63,938 nucleotides of DNA, filler included, from Octopus bimaculoides (GCF_001194135.2; 5 parts of 4 records of this genome joined end to end with filler, not necessarily neighbours in it), one strand, 5' to 3'; positions 1-12,870 are shown, counted from the first letter of the whole stretch. Program-made: numbers and translations. The notes: generated by a model from the sequence alone, not told the origin.

Positions 1-464
1 ATATATACGTATGTATGTATATATATACATACACATATAAGTGTGTGTGTCTGTGTGTTGCGTGCATGCATTTTGTTAAGATATAGTGTAAAAAAAAAAG
101 AAAAAAGAGAAATGGCTTCAGGAAGGAACAAAACGAAACAACGAAAATAAACCCAGGAGGAATTAAAAATCCCCCAAAAAAGCAAAAACAAAAACAACTG
201 CACTTTTATGTTGTATGGAATAAAATAAGAAAGACAAGAAATTAGAAGTGTTTTTTTTATATAAATGGAGAAAGATTGATTGATTGAATGATGTCACAGT
301 AAACAGCTGTAGGAGAGAAGACATTAAGGTCAAACAAGAAAGTCTGTGAAATATTGTTGGGATTTGATAGCAGTGGTATGTGGGGGGTTAGGGGATGTGT
401 GTGTGTGTTATATATCTATATATACACACACACACATATGTACATGGGTATATATATATATATG

Positions 465-513
<49 letters not shown>

Positions 514-1013
514 NNNNNNNNNNNNNNNNNNNNNNNNNNNNNNNNNNNNNNNNNNNNNNNNNNNNNNNNNNNNNNNNNNNNNNNNNNNNNNNNNNNNNNN
601 NNNNNNNNNNNNNNNNNNNNNNNNNNNNNNNNNNNNNNNNNNNNNNNNNNNNNNNNNNNNNNNNNNNNNNNNNNNNNNNNNNNNNNNNNNNNNNNNNNNN
701 NNNNNNNNNNNNNNNNNNNNNNNNNNNNNNNNNNNNNNNNNNNNNNNNNNNNNNNNNNNNNNNNNNNNNNNNNNNNNNNNNNNNNNNNNNNNNNNNNNNN
801 NNNNNNNNNNNNNNNNNNNNNNNNNNNNNNNNNNNNNNNNNNNNNNNNNNNNNNNNNNNNNNNNNNNNNNNNNNNNNNNNNNNNNNNNNNNNNNNNNNNN
901 NNNNNNNNNNNNNNNNNNNNNNNNNNNNNNNNNNNNNNNNNNNNNNNNNNNNNNNNNNNNNNNNNNNNNNNNNNNNNNNNNNNNNNNNNNNNNNNNNNNN
1001 NNNNNNNNNNNNN

Positions 1014-1079
<66 letters not shown>

Positions 1080-1235
1080 ATATACACACAACACACACAC
1101 ACACATATATATATACATACAGGCATACAAATATACCTATATATATACATATTCACACATGTACATACATGGATATATATATCACACACATATATACATA
1201 CACATACACATATAACGGACAGACACACATACACG

Positions 1236-1271
<36 letters not shown>

Positions 1272-1468
1272 AGACGATAAGACATATTTATATAATACAT
1301 ATATACAGAGAGAGTTAGAGATAGATAGACAGACAAACTGATAGACAGATAGATAGATAAATAGATAGATAGATAGATATGGACATACACACACACACAC
1401 AAAACACTCCCAGAATATGTTTGTGTGATGTGTATGCATGAATTTGTGTGATATTTGAGTGTCATGTA

Positions 1469-1525
<57 letters not shown>

Positions 1526-2486
1526 TAGGTAGACAGACAAAAAGAGAGTCAGTTTATCTCAAACATATGGAGTAAAGACAGAGAGAGAGAGAGAGAGTAA
1601 AAGTGAGAGATAAAGAAAGACAAACAGACAAAGGAAGGGAACAATAAGACAGTCATAGGAGTGGTGAGAGGAATCTGTACATGTGAAAAAGAGAAAGAGA
1701 GAAAGAGAGAGAGTGTGTTTATAGGAATGTCCCATTGCCTGGGAGATTTAAAATTAACATTTGACAAATGCTAATTTAGTATTAATGCTCATTATTAACG
1801 TTAGGTGGTCATAATTTGTAATTATGTGTGGGTGTGAGTGTGTGCATCGATGTGTATCTGTATGTGTTTATTATTATTAGTGAGTGTATGCATTTATGTT
1901 TCTGCTATTCTTTGTATTTTCATATGAAGTCTTCCCCTGTGTGCGCGCATGTACGTGTGCATAATCTCAGAATTTCTACTCATTATGTTTTCGGCTAATT
2001 AATTTACTGAACTACCAGACTTATTGAATTTGTATGTATGATGTTGATTATTCTACAAATGTTTGAATCCTTAACATAATCCTTGGGCTAAATGAAAAGG
2101 ACATCGGGAATAAGGTTTTACCTTTGAAATACAGGTACAAAACCCTACGTCTGCCTGTAGCATAAGTAAAGCGTGCAACCACCTGAAGGTAGTCCTTGAG
2201 TTTGCTATTCTACCAGATCCCTGCAAATCTATAACAGACTTATACAAGAGACCCGAAAAATGCTGCCCTCATACAAGCCATCTCCCTGCCTACCTACGCA
2301 AGTGCTAGCCACTCAGTTTCGCCCACAAGACATGGGTTAACCCAAAGCTAAAGGAAAAGAAATTTTCCCAAGATGCTATAAACTGGGATCAAAACCAAAT
2401 TATTTATTTCAAATCCGAATCATTATACTTAATATGGGGCTAATGCAGTTTCGCACCTCTCCTTGAAAAATGCATTTTTTTAAAAA

Positions 2487-3556
2487 AGGTTTCGGATTCC
2501 TTCGTTTAAGATGTCGGAGATTACGAATATGCAAATATATATATATATATATATTTTTTTAATTTAACCCCCAACCAATTTAAATCTTTGGTTTTATTTA
2601 CTTGAAAGAGATCGTAGCGAATTGACGAGCATATGCAAATCGAAATTAAATCCAGACAAAAACATTAAAGTGAAGAGAATTTGCGTTTTACTTGTGTAAA
2701 TAAGAATTTAATGTAAATTGAATATACACCATTTTATGAGAAACAAACATTAATGTTTAATAATTAATATTATAAAGTTTAATAAGGGGCTCAAATTTCA
2801 CCCNNNNNNNNNNNNNNNNNNNNNNNNNNNNNNNNNNNNNNNNNNNNNNNNNNNNNNNNNNNNNNNNNNNNNNNNNNNNNNNNNNNNNNNNNNNNNNNNN
2901 NNNNNNNNNNNNNNNNNNNNNNNNNNNNNNNNNNNNNNNNNNNNNNNNNNNNNNNNNNNNNNNNNNNNNNNNNNNNNNNNNNNNNNNNNNNNNNNNNNNN
3001 NNNNNNNNNNNNNNNNNNNNNNNNNNNNNNNNNNNNNNNNNNNNNNNNNNNNNNNNNNNNNNNNNNNNNNNNNNNNNNNNNNNNNNNNNNNNNNNNNNNN
3101 NNNNNNNNNNNNNNNNNNNNNNNNNNNNNNNNNNNNNNNNNNNNNNNNNNNNNNNNNNNNNNNNNNNNNNNNNNNNNNNNNNNNNNNNNNNNNNNNNNNN
3201 NNNNNNNNNNNNNNNNNNNNNNNNNNNNNNNNNNNNNNNNNNNNNNNNNNNNNNNNNNNNNNNNNNNNNNNNNNNNNNNNNNNNNNNNNNNNNNNNNNNN
3301 NNNNNNNNNNNNNNNNNNNNNNNNNNNNNNNNNNNNNNNNNNNNNNNNNNNNNNNNNNNNNNNNNNNTATTGAATTTAAAATTTTCAAAACGTGGTTCCT
3401 GGCATATTCGGGATCTCCATCATCTAAAACATAAGGGGAAAAAAATTTCGGAAAAGTTCAAAATTTGGGAGGAGTGGTGATGGTGGTGGTGAGGGGGTAA
3501 AAATTTCATTTTTGCATATTCGTAATCTCCAACATCTTAAACGTAGGAATCCGAAA
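2487..3556. mobile_element. Probable DNA element with ~48-bp inverted repeats spanning an N gap
   Basis: 2487-2535 is the reverse complement of 3511-3556 (TTTGCATATTCGTAATCTCC...GGAATCCGAAA). Confidence 0.5.
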
Positions 3557-4202
3557 AAATGTTTTCAAAAATTACCCCGGTAATTTTTTTTTCGCACTGG
3601 GGTCGATATAATCGACTTAATCCATTTGTCTGTCCTTGTTTGTCCCCTCGGTGTGTAGCCCCTTGTGGGTAGTAAAGAAATAACACACACACATACATAG
3701 ATACATACACGATGGGCTTCTTTCAGTTTCCATCTAGCAAAACCACTCACAAGAGTGGATTTGGTAGATGGAATGTTTTGGTCAACCTGAGGCTAAAGTA
3801 GAAGACACTTGCATGACACATAGCCTCGCCTGCACCTGTGTGTCACACCTGTGCACCACACCTACACCTGTGTACTACACCTGCACCTTGTATAAAAAAA
3901 CAAAAATATTTTGTAGAAGTACAAGCAATTTATTTACAAATATATTTGAACAACAAAATCTTATTTGGAGCCCTAAAGGCTGTGTGGACCCTGGTTGAGG
4001 ACCAGTGGGTTAAATAAAAAGCCCTTAGAATCCTAAGTTGTAGTTTGCAAAAGGAGCAAAGATTTCATTAAATTTACATTCCTAATGCCTTCTTACCGAG
4101 GCCTGAACATCACAACATCTCTCCTTCTTTGCTGGAATAATTCCATTGTATAGAAGCAAACTTTTAGATTTCTCAGTTGAATTTTACAATGGTTTCTTCT
4201 AT

Positions 4203-4520
4203 CTTTTACTTGTTTCAGTCTTGAATGAATTGACCCCAGGGTCTATTTTTTACTTTTAGTCTGGTATTTATTCAATTGGTCACTTTTGCCAAATTGCTAA
4301 GTTATGGGGATGTAAACACACCAACACCGGTTGTCAAGCAGTTGTGGGCGACAAACCCAAAGACACAGACACAATTGGCTTCTTTGAGGTTCCACCAACC
4401 AAATCCATTCAAAAAACCTTGGTCAGTCCAAGGCAACTTTAGTCAACCCAAGGTGCCTTGTAGTGGGACTGAACCCAGAACTATGTGGTTGGGAAGCAGG
4501 CTGCTTACCACACAGCCACA
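4203..4520 (-). mobile_element. SINE family A, degenerate
   Basis: Reverse-complement similarity to family A. Confidence 0.75.
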
Positions 4521-5559
4521 TCTTTAAAATTACATCCCGAATGCCCTTTTACAGAGACCTGAACATCACATCATCTCTCCTTCTTTGCTAAATAACACTG
4601 AACCATTTGTTGCTGGCCCAACACTGAATAAAGCAAACAACTAAAAGACAGAAACATTGAATGTTTAACTATTTATTTCACTGTTATAGAATAAATAGTG
4701 TTGAATTTCAGGTGTTTTTATCACATTTTGGCCATGCAGAATCACAGCTAAGAAGGGTACAGTTTTCTGGGTAAACAAATTCATATCAAAAATATTATAG
4801 GCAAGCTACTTCTCAACAATTTTATATTAAATTTAACCCTTTAGCACTTAAACTGGTCATCATCATCATCATCATCATCATCATCGTTTAACGTCCGCTT
4901 TCCATGCTAGCTGGTCATATCCAGCTTAAATAGTCTACTTGTTTTATGCTGAAACTGGCCGTATCCAACCTCTCACACCTACCCTGCAATGTCATTCTAA
5001 AAATCAATAATCACTTCATCAAAATCCCAAAGCTATGAGATTAATGCAGGATCAATTCGAAACAATGTGAATAAACAAGCATTATATTAGACAGAGCAAT
5101 CTGAATCCTAAAGGGTTAACACAGACATGTCTCAGAAAGAACAGAACAGTAGTTATATGGCAGCATTTTGTTTCAAAGAGTGCAACAATTCTATAAAACA
5201 ATGTCTCAATATCTATTATATGACTTGAAGTGGGAGTTCTCTAGCAATATTTTGAGACAATACAGCAGATCTATAGAAACATTCAATGAATTCTACAGCA
5301 GTTCTATAGAAATGTTAGAGAAATATTACAACCACATAAAACAGAACATTCCGGAAGCATTATTTGGTTTTGGGATTTTATACAATATGTTACCATTTTG
5401 TCATTGTTTTACATCCACTTTCCATGCTGGTATGGGTTGGACTGGTTGACAAGATCTGAGGGCTGTAAGTTCTTATTGGTCACTGTCGTCCTAAGCATAT
5501 CAGGGACTACATTTTGGTTGTTTGTTCCATTTTTGATATGGTTCCTCTGACTGGATACC

Positions 5560-5595
<36 letters not shown>

Positions 5596-5598
<3 letters not shown>

Positions 5599-5833
5599 GG
5601 TGGCCCAAAAGTAGGTTTACAGTTATTCAACTATCTCTTTCTCATTCATATATGAACAGTTTAGATCTTAATTATAAAAAAAATATGAAACCATTATTCT
5701 ATGCTAATTTAGTTAATTTTGTCAAGCACCCTTTTCAGTTTGTAAGATAGAAATTTCAATGTAATAAAATGTTTTAAAAGAAATTTAAAGTGCCTACGTG
5801 ATGATTGTAAACCTACTTTTGGGCCACTCGGTG
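5596..5833. mobile_element. Tc1/mariner MITE
   Basis: TIR GTGGCCCAAAAGTAGGTTTACA at the left and its reverse complement just before the gap at the right. Confidence 0.8.
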
Positions 5834-6795
5834 NNNNNNNNNNNNNNNNNNNNNNNNNNNNNNNNNNNNNNNNNNNNNNNNNNNNNNNNNNNNNNNNNNN
5901 NNNNNNNNNNNNNNNNNNNNNNNNNNNNNNNNNNNNNNNNNNNNNNNNNNNNNNNNNNNNNNNNNNNNNNNNNNNNNNNNNNNNNNNNNNNNNNNNNNNN
6001 NNNNNNNNNNNNNNNNNNNNNNNNNNNNNNNNNNNNNNNNNNNNNNNNNNNNNNNNNNNNNNNNNNNNNNNNNNNNNNNNNNNNNNNNNNNNNNNNNNNN
6101 NNNNNNNNNNNNNNNNNNNNNNNNNNNNNNNNNNNNNNNNNNNNNNNNNNNNNNNNNNNNNNNNNNNNNNNNNNNNNNNNNNNNNNNNNNNNNNNNNNNN
6201 NNNNNNNNNNNNNNNNNNNNNNNNNNNNNNNNNNNNNNNNNNNNNNNNNNNNNNNNNNNNNNNNNNNNNNNNNNNNNNNNNNNNNNNNNNNNNNNNNNNN
6301 NNNNNNNNNNNNNNNNNNNNNNNNNNNNNNNNNNNNNNNNNNNNNNNNNNNNNNNNNNNNNNNNNNNNNNNNNNNNNNNNNNNNNNNNNNNNNNNNNNNN
6401 NNNNNNNNNNNNNNNNNNNNNNNNNNNNNNNNNNNNNNNNNNNNNNNNNNNNNNNNNNNNNNNNNNNNNNNNNNNNNNNNNNNNNNNNNNNNNNNNNNNN
6501 NNNNNNNNNNNNNNNNNNNNNNNNNNNNNNNNNNNNNNNNNNNNNNNNNNNNNNNNNNNNNNNNNNNNNNNNNNNNNNNNNNNNNNNNNNNNNNNNNNNN
6601 NNNNNNNNNNNNNNNNNNNNNNNNNNNNNNNNNNNNNNNNNNNNNNNNNNNNNNNNNNNNNNNNNNNNNNNNNNNNNNNNNNNNNNNNNNNNNNNNNNNN
6701 NNNNNNNNNNNNNNNNNNNNNNNNNNNNNNNNNNNNNNNNNNNNNNNNNNNNNNNNNNNNNNNNNNNNNNNNNNNNNNAGAGAGAGGTGCAAGTA

Positions 6796-7212
6796 TGGCT
6801 GTGTGGTAAGTTTGTTTCCCAACCACATGGTTTCTGGTTCAGTTGCAGTGTAGCATCATAAGTGTCTTCTATTAAGACCTTAAGCCAATCGAAGCTTTGT
6901 GAGTGGATTTGGGAGATGGAAACTGTAGGAAGCCTGTCATGTATATGCATGTGTGTGTGTGTATGTGTTACTGTCTCCTTGTCTTAACATTGTGTGATAG
7001 TTGTGAGTGTCACCATCATGTAAATGTTGTCCTTTGATTCCAATCTTCCGTGAAAGCATGTCTGATGTTGGGGAAATATTACCTTATTTGGAAACATGTG
7101 AGAACTGGGCAACAGGAAGGGCATCCAGCTGTAGAAAATCTGCCGCAGTAAATTCAGTCTGACCCATGCAGGCATGGAAAAGTAGACGAAAGAATGATGA
7201 TGATGATAATGA
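6796..7212 (+). mobile_element. SINE with family-A head and RTE-like 3' tail
   Basis: Head TGGCTGTGTGGTAAG. Tail AGGAAGGGCATCCAGCTGTAGAAA...CCCATGCAGGCATGGAAAAG...(GAT)n matches the RTE end at 19750-19900. Confidence 0.75.
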
Positions 7213-7779
7213 TTCCTTGAACTTTCGAAAGTGGGAGGGGTGTGAAATATGAAAAAAACAAATCTTGATGACAGCTTGTGTACACACACACACACACACA
7301 TGCACACAAAAACATGAAACTATTGTTTCATTCTACACACAGAGGACAAATAGAAACAAGAATTAAATGTGTGACTCTTGACGATTCCTCTGTATGTATA
7401 TGCAATTATACACACACACACGCACACATACACACACTTCTATAAATCGAATTCATTGATATACATATATGAGTTTCATTACATATTACACAAAAGGAAT
7501 GGTTTCCATTCCATGGACACTCTATATATTATGACATCTAAGTTGTGGGAAATAGTAAATTTGAACACATTATTTAATCAATATTAATATATAATGGTTA
7601 TAATTAACAGAGTTGAATTTCACAAAGTTATAATCAACAGAGACATCGCAAAAATGAATCTCAACATTTTCAACATGTTTCAATAATATATATAAAAACA
7701 TCATCTTTTAAAAAGATGCTTGATTTAAATTAGAGTTACTTCATCCATTTCTTTCAGTCTTAATAATTTAGTAATAATG

Positions 7780-7990
7780 ATTTCAAATTTTGGCACAAGG
7801 CCAGCATTTTTGGGGAGAGGGTAAGTTGAATACATCAACCCCAGTGTTAAACTGTTACTTATTTTATCGACCCAAACGGATGAACGGTAAAGTTGACCTT
7901 AATAGATATTGAACTCAGAGTGTAAAGATGGACGAAATGACGGTAAGTATTTTGGTCGGTGTGCTAACGATTCTGCCAGCTTGCTGTTTT
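7780..7990 (-). mobile_element. SINE family B (downstream of the TMEM41A stop codon)
   Basis: Reverse-complement similarity to 20602-20815. Confidence 0.75.
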
Positions 7991-8040
7991 TAATAACTTA
8001 GTCATAATTGAACCAAACATTATTGGAATTATATACATTA

Positions 8041-8219
8041 TTATTCTTGTTTAACAGATTTTTGTTTCCAAAACTTGATGACGCATCCAGGAAGGACAGC
8101 TACAACGGCAATGCCGAGAAGTTTCAAAACAGTTGAAATCGTAAATATATCATTGACGGACCGTATTGAAGACAAGACACAGCCGGTCTGAACACAAATG
8201 AAGTTGTATGGCATCAAAC
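8041..8219 (-). CDS. TMEM41A: TMEM41A-like, final coding exon (179 nt incl. TAA)
   Basis: GLMPYNFICVQTGCVLSSIRSVNDIFTISTVLKLLGIAVVAVLPGCVIKFWKQKSVKQE*. TTACAG acceptor. The five exons sum to 750 nt (249 aa plus stop). Confidence 0.95.
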
Positions 8220-8492
8220 CTGTAAAGAAAGAATGGAAATAAACAGATGTTGTACACAGTTTAAATTTACTTCAAAAATATACAGCTTAAACTGAAGGTG
8301 CTAATATCCATATAAAAGATTTCAGCCATTAATTTTAAAGTTATTTCTACAGATATTCAAGAGATGCTGTAGACAGCACTGATTTTTGCTACAACGTTTC
8401 GTATCAAGACGTCAGATGAAAACAGACAAGATCAAAGACAAAAATGGGTAATGAGTGTATATGCCATATTTCGGGGGGGGTTTGCCCCTTCA

Positions 8493-8807
<315 letters not shown>

Positions 8808-8900
8808 CTAGGAACAAAGAGAAATATTACATTATATTTTTAATCATGCAATGACAAAGGACAGGCAAAATGGAACAGATCATATACATGTATACATACA

Positions 8901-9097
8901 TATATGGGAGAATATACAAAAAATAACAACAGACGAGGACAGGTGGTGTAAATAACAAAAGTATATATTAGTATGACGCTCGGGAATACGGAAAGTCTTT
9001 GACGTTTCGAGCTACGCTCTTCAACAGAAAGAATACGGAGACAAGGAGAAAAACACGGAGAAAAAAAATTGAATAGTGTTCAGTCAACGGTCAATCA

Positions 9098-9098
<1 letters not shown>
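8901..9098 (-). mobile_element. Short PLE-like non-autonomous element (family H2) next to (TA)n
   Basis: Near-identical to 12871-12980 in the opposite orientation and related to 36172-36390. Contains a hammerhead-like motif. Confidence 0.8.
8996..9032 (-). ncRNA. Minimal type I hammerhead-like motif (H2), core CUGUUGA
   Basis: TCTTT CTGTTGA A GAGC-GTA-GCTC GAA ACGT C AAAGA. Perfect stems I and II, palindromic ACGU, GUC cleavage triplet; A6 replaced by U. Confidence 0.7.
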
Positions 9099-9132
<34 letters not shown>

Positions 9133-9753
9133 NNNNNNNNNNNNNNNNNNNNNNNNNNNNNNNNNNNNNNNNNNNNNNNNNNNNNNNNNNNNNNNNNNNN
9201 NNNNNNNNNNNNNNNNNNNNNNNNNNNNNNNNNNNNNNNNNNNNNNNNNNNNNNNNNNNNNNNNNNNNNNNNNNNNNNNNNNNNNNNNNNNNNNNNNNNN
9301 NNNNNNNNNNNNNNNNNNNNNNNNNNNNNNNNNNNNNNNNNNNNNNNNNNNNNNNNNNNNNNNNNNNNNNNNNNNNNNNNNNNNNNNNNNNNNNNNNNNN
9401 NNNNNNNNNNNNNNNNNNNNNNNNNNNNNNNNNNNNNNNNNNNNNNNNNNNNNNNNNNNNNNNNNNNNNNNNNNNNNNNNNNNNNNNNNNNNNNNNNNNN
9501 NNNNNNNNNNNNNNNNNNNNNNNNNNNNNNNNNNNNNNNNNNNNNNNNNNNNNNNNNNNNNNNNNNNNNNNNNNNNNNNNNNNNNNNNNNNNNNNNNNNN
9601 NNNNNNNNNNNNNNNNNNNNNNNNNNNNNNNNNNNNNNNNNNNNNNNNNNNNNNNNNNNNNNNNNNNNNNNNNNNNNNNNNNNNNNNNNNNNNNNNNNNN
9701 NNNNNNNNNNNNNNNNNNNNNNNNNNNNNNNNNNNNNNNNNNNNNNNNNNNNN

Positions 9754-9857
9754 AGCGGGATCACTGCCAGAGCAGCGGGATCACTGCCAGAGCAGCGGGA
9801 TCACTGCCAGAGCAGCGGGATCACTGCCAGAGCAGCGGGATCACTGCCAGAGCAGCG
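9754..9857 (+). repeat. 20-bp minisatellite AGCAGCGGGATCACTGCCAG, at least 5 copies, runs into a gap
   Basis: Exact period-20 repeat. Confidence 0.95.
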
Positions 9858-10197
9858 GTCTCGCTTCCGTGCCAGTGGCACATAAAAAGCACCATTTGAA
9901 CGCGATCGTTTCCAGCTTCATATATATATATAGGAAAAAAGAAGGAAATGGAGAAATAATGGGTGTATATAATAATTTATTTTTATGTTATAAAATGATG
10001 AAAATTTGTTTTAAAGGACATAACAGTGCAAATAAAATGATTACAAGTTGTGTGCTGGTGGCACGTAGAAACTCATTGTGTGTCGATTGTTTCAAGTGGT
10101 GTACAGAATTCATATATTACAATGAATTTCTGAAAGGGACGAAAGTGTCAAATAAGTAGATTATATCCAAATCTTGGCTACCTTCTTTTTCTCAGTA

Positions 10198-10243
<46 letters not shown>

Positions 10244-10434
10244 TACATAGATACACACAAACATATGTATACATACATACACAAAAGTCGAGTTTTGGCA
10301 ATTTTCCAGCAACCAATTTCACTCACAAGGCACAGCTCCACCTGAGGTGATAGAAAACATCTCCTCAAAGTGCTGTGCAGTAGGATTGAACCTGACGCCA
10401 CATGGTTGCTTAATCATTATAACTTCTTGATCGT

Positions 10435-10607
10435 TAGGCGTAGGAGTGGCTGTGTGGTAAGTAGCTTGCTTACCAACCACATGGTTCCAGGTTCAGTCCC
10501 ACTGCGTGGCACCTTGGGCAAGTGTCTTCTACTATAGCCTCAAGCTGACCAAAGCTTTGTGAGTGGATTTGGTAGATGGAAACTGAAAGAAGCCTGTTGT
10601 ATATATG

Positions 10608-10661
<54 letters not shown>

Positions 10662-10865
10662 TGTGTCTGTGTTTGTCACCCAACATCGCTTGACAACCGA
10701 TATGTAGTGTTACGTCCCCGTAACTTAGCAGTTCGGCAAAACAGACCGATATAATAAGTACTAGGCTTACAAACAATAAGTCCTGGGGTCGATTTGCTCG
10801 ACTAAAGGCAGTGCTCCAGCATGGCCGCAGTCAAATGACTGAAACAAGTAAAAGAGTAAAAGAGT
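10435..10865 (+). mobile_element. tRNA-derived SINE family A, full length, internal (TA)n(GT)n
   Basis: TGGCTGTGTGG A box and GGTTCAGTCCC B-box-like, tail GTAAAAGAGT repeats, multiple copies in the window. Confidence 0.9.
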
Positions 10866-10947
10866 TAGTTGAACAACACTCATTAATAATCATTATTTGA
10901 GAAATAAATTTCATGCAAGATTAAATGTGAAACAGACGTGAATTTAC

Positions 10948-11109
10948 CTTTTCATTCAGGTAAGAAATTCGTTTATGAAATTTTTTAATTATGTAAGGTT
11001 TTCCAAAATTTTCTGAAAGCAAATAACAGCAAGTGGCACCGCAGGCAGTCAAAAAACTTGTTGTAATAAAGCCAAGTACAGTACCGAAGAGAGCGCCAGC
11101 CAACAGATT
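10948..11109 (-). CDS. TMEM41A: TMEM41A-like, coding exon 3 (162 nt)
   Basis: NLLAGALFGTVLGFITTSFLTACGATCCYLLSENFGKPYIIKKFHKRISYLNEK. TTTAG acceptor and GTAAA donor; phase 0/0. Confidence 0.95.
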
Positions 11110-11147
11110 CTAAAAAAGACAAAAATCAAATAAAATATTAATTCTAA

Positions 11148-11186
<39 letters not shown>

Positions 11187-11279
11187 TACCACAAGATTAA
11201 ATTGATTTATATCAATCATTAAAAATGCTAATCAATAACAGGGAGCAGAACCAAAATTCTAGAACTATCAGGGGAAATG

Positions 11280-11532
11280 ACAGTTCTATATTTAAGAGAT
11301 GAGGAATTATTTACATTATTTATATTTGATGGATATTTGTCCTCATCTTGTTTGTTGTTAACACGTTTCACCTGATATATCCTCCAGCCTTCATCAGGTG
11401 CCTTCGAGAAATTTTGAACCTGGCTTCTCATTCCTAAGATATTTTTCGATGTTACTATAATCATTATTATTATTATTATTATTATTATTGTTATTATTAT
11501 TATTATCATTATTATTATTATTATTCAGGTCA
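11280..11532 (-). mobile_element. H1 element, tail plus (TAA)n, head missing; degenerate hammerhead at 11358-11402
   Basis: Reverse complement matches the H1 tail (CACCTGATGAAGGCTGG...GAAACGT) down to the same 3' end (AAATATAGAACTGT). Confidence 0.85.
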
Positions 11533-11534
11533 TG

Positions 11535-11604
11535 GGCATATGGCGTAGTGGTTAAGAATGTGGGCTACTAACCCCAAGATTCCAAGTTCAATTCCAGGCA
11601 GTGA

Positions 11605-11642
<38 letters not shown>

Positions 11643-11648
11643 CGACAT
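11535..11648 (+). mobile_element. H1 tRNA-like head plus (TAA)n, inverted against the adjacent minus-strand copy
   Basis: GGCATATGGCGTAGTGGTTAAG...AGTTCAATTCCAGGCAGTGAC followed by (TAA)n. Confidence 0.85.
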
Positions 11649-11689
11649 TTCAGAGTGTTGGGTGTTAATCTGAGTCCCCAAAACATGTA

Positions 11690-12316
11690 CTGAGAGTGAT
11701 AAAAATCAAACATCCAGTCAACCTCATGGTGTTTGGAGTGATCACTAGTGATGGTGACGTTATGCCTCCATTCATCTTCCCACATGGCCTCAGATTCAAC
11801 ATGGAGACCTACATCAAGTACCTGCAGGAGGTAGTGCTGCCCTGGGTCAAGAGGGTGGCTACTGGAAGCGCCTGTGTCTGGTAACAGGACTCTTGCACCA
11901 TGTCGCACAGGTAGGAAAACCCAGTCATGGCTGTCAGACAATTTCAGCGACCTCATCACCCCTAACATCTGGCCACCTAACTCCCCCAGACTGCAACCCC
12001 CTTCGTTATCCTGTGTGGGGCATAGTTGAACAAGCGACCAACAAAACTCCTTTTGACACTAAAGATGAACTGAAGGCCAGGATTATAGCAGCATTCACTA
12101 ACTTAAAGGAGAAAACTGTCCAGAAGAGTCGCAGGAGATTCCGAAGTCGTCTGGAGACAGTGGCTGGAGCCGATGGCGATTTTATTGAATAAATTTACTC
12201 ATTAATATTTCCAGATATTTTTATGAAATTTTGGTAAATATATCTGTTAAAATTAGATGTCAGTATTATTTTCATGTTTGCGTAATTTAGACGACAGTTT
12301 ATTCGCTGCACCCTAT
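11690..12316 (+). mobile_element. Tc1/mariner (maT/DD37D-like) transposase C-terminal relic with right end
   Basis: MVFGVITSDG; *QDS; IWPPNSPDCNPL; DELKARII; ADGDFIE*. Contains stops and a frameshift; ends GCACCC next to TA. Confidence 0.85.
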
Positions 12317-12870
12317 ATATATATATATATACACAGTATATATCGATGAAAAATTAGAATATATTACAATGAGAAGAATAACCATACTTTAAGTGAATAT
12401 TCAAGGTAGATAACTCTACATATAATGATATTGGAATTAGCTCCCTTCGTTGTTTAAGCCTGAAATAACAAGATAAGGCAATCGTCGAATAATAGATTTT
12501 TATGGACATTTTATGCAAGCACAGAATCAGTTTGAAGTGATTTTGTCAGATACTAATTAATAATTAGAAAACTTTCAGCCTCACTCAACACGAATTAAAT
12601 TATTGTTACTCTCAAGTGAATGAGGGTTTAACGTACGAAATTGTTATAGAAAGAAAATCCTTAAAGCTAATCTACCTGACGTAATATGTCTCATACACTT
12701 TCATATAACTTATCTTTATTCATTTATTTTAGAAAATCTTATTTGGCCTCTTTGATCATCAAAACCCATAAATCAAATTTCATTAATAGATATAAAAACG
12801 TATGTTTAAGTCTCCCCCCACAAACCAATCTGATATATCACATAAACAATATATATATATACTGATATCG

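Noticed and set aside
346-1540. Long ORFs of YI/HT/CV repeats and X runs (also at 5.7-6.9, 9.1-9.9, 12.8-14.1, 17.0-17.7, 29.8-30.4, 40.8-42.2, 46.9-47.9, 52, 54 and 57 kb)
   Set aside because: Produced by N gaps and di-, tri- or tetranucleotide microsatellites; no coding signal.
9754-9857. Possible CRISPR-like array
   Set aside because: Head-to-tail identical units with no spacers, in a eukaryotic context.
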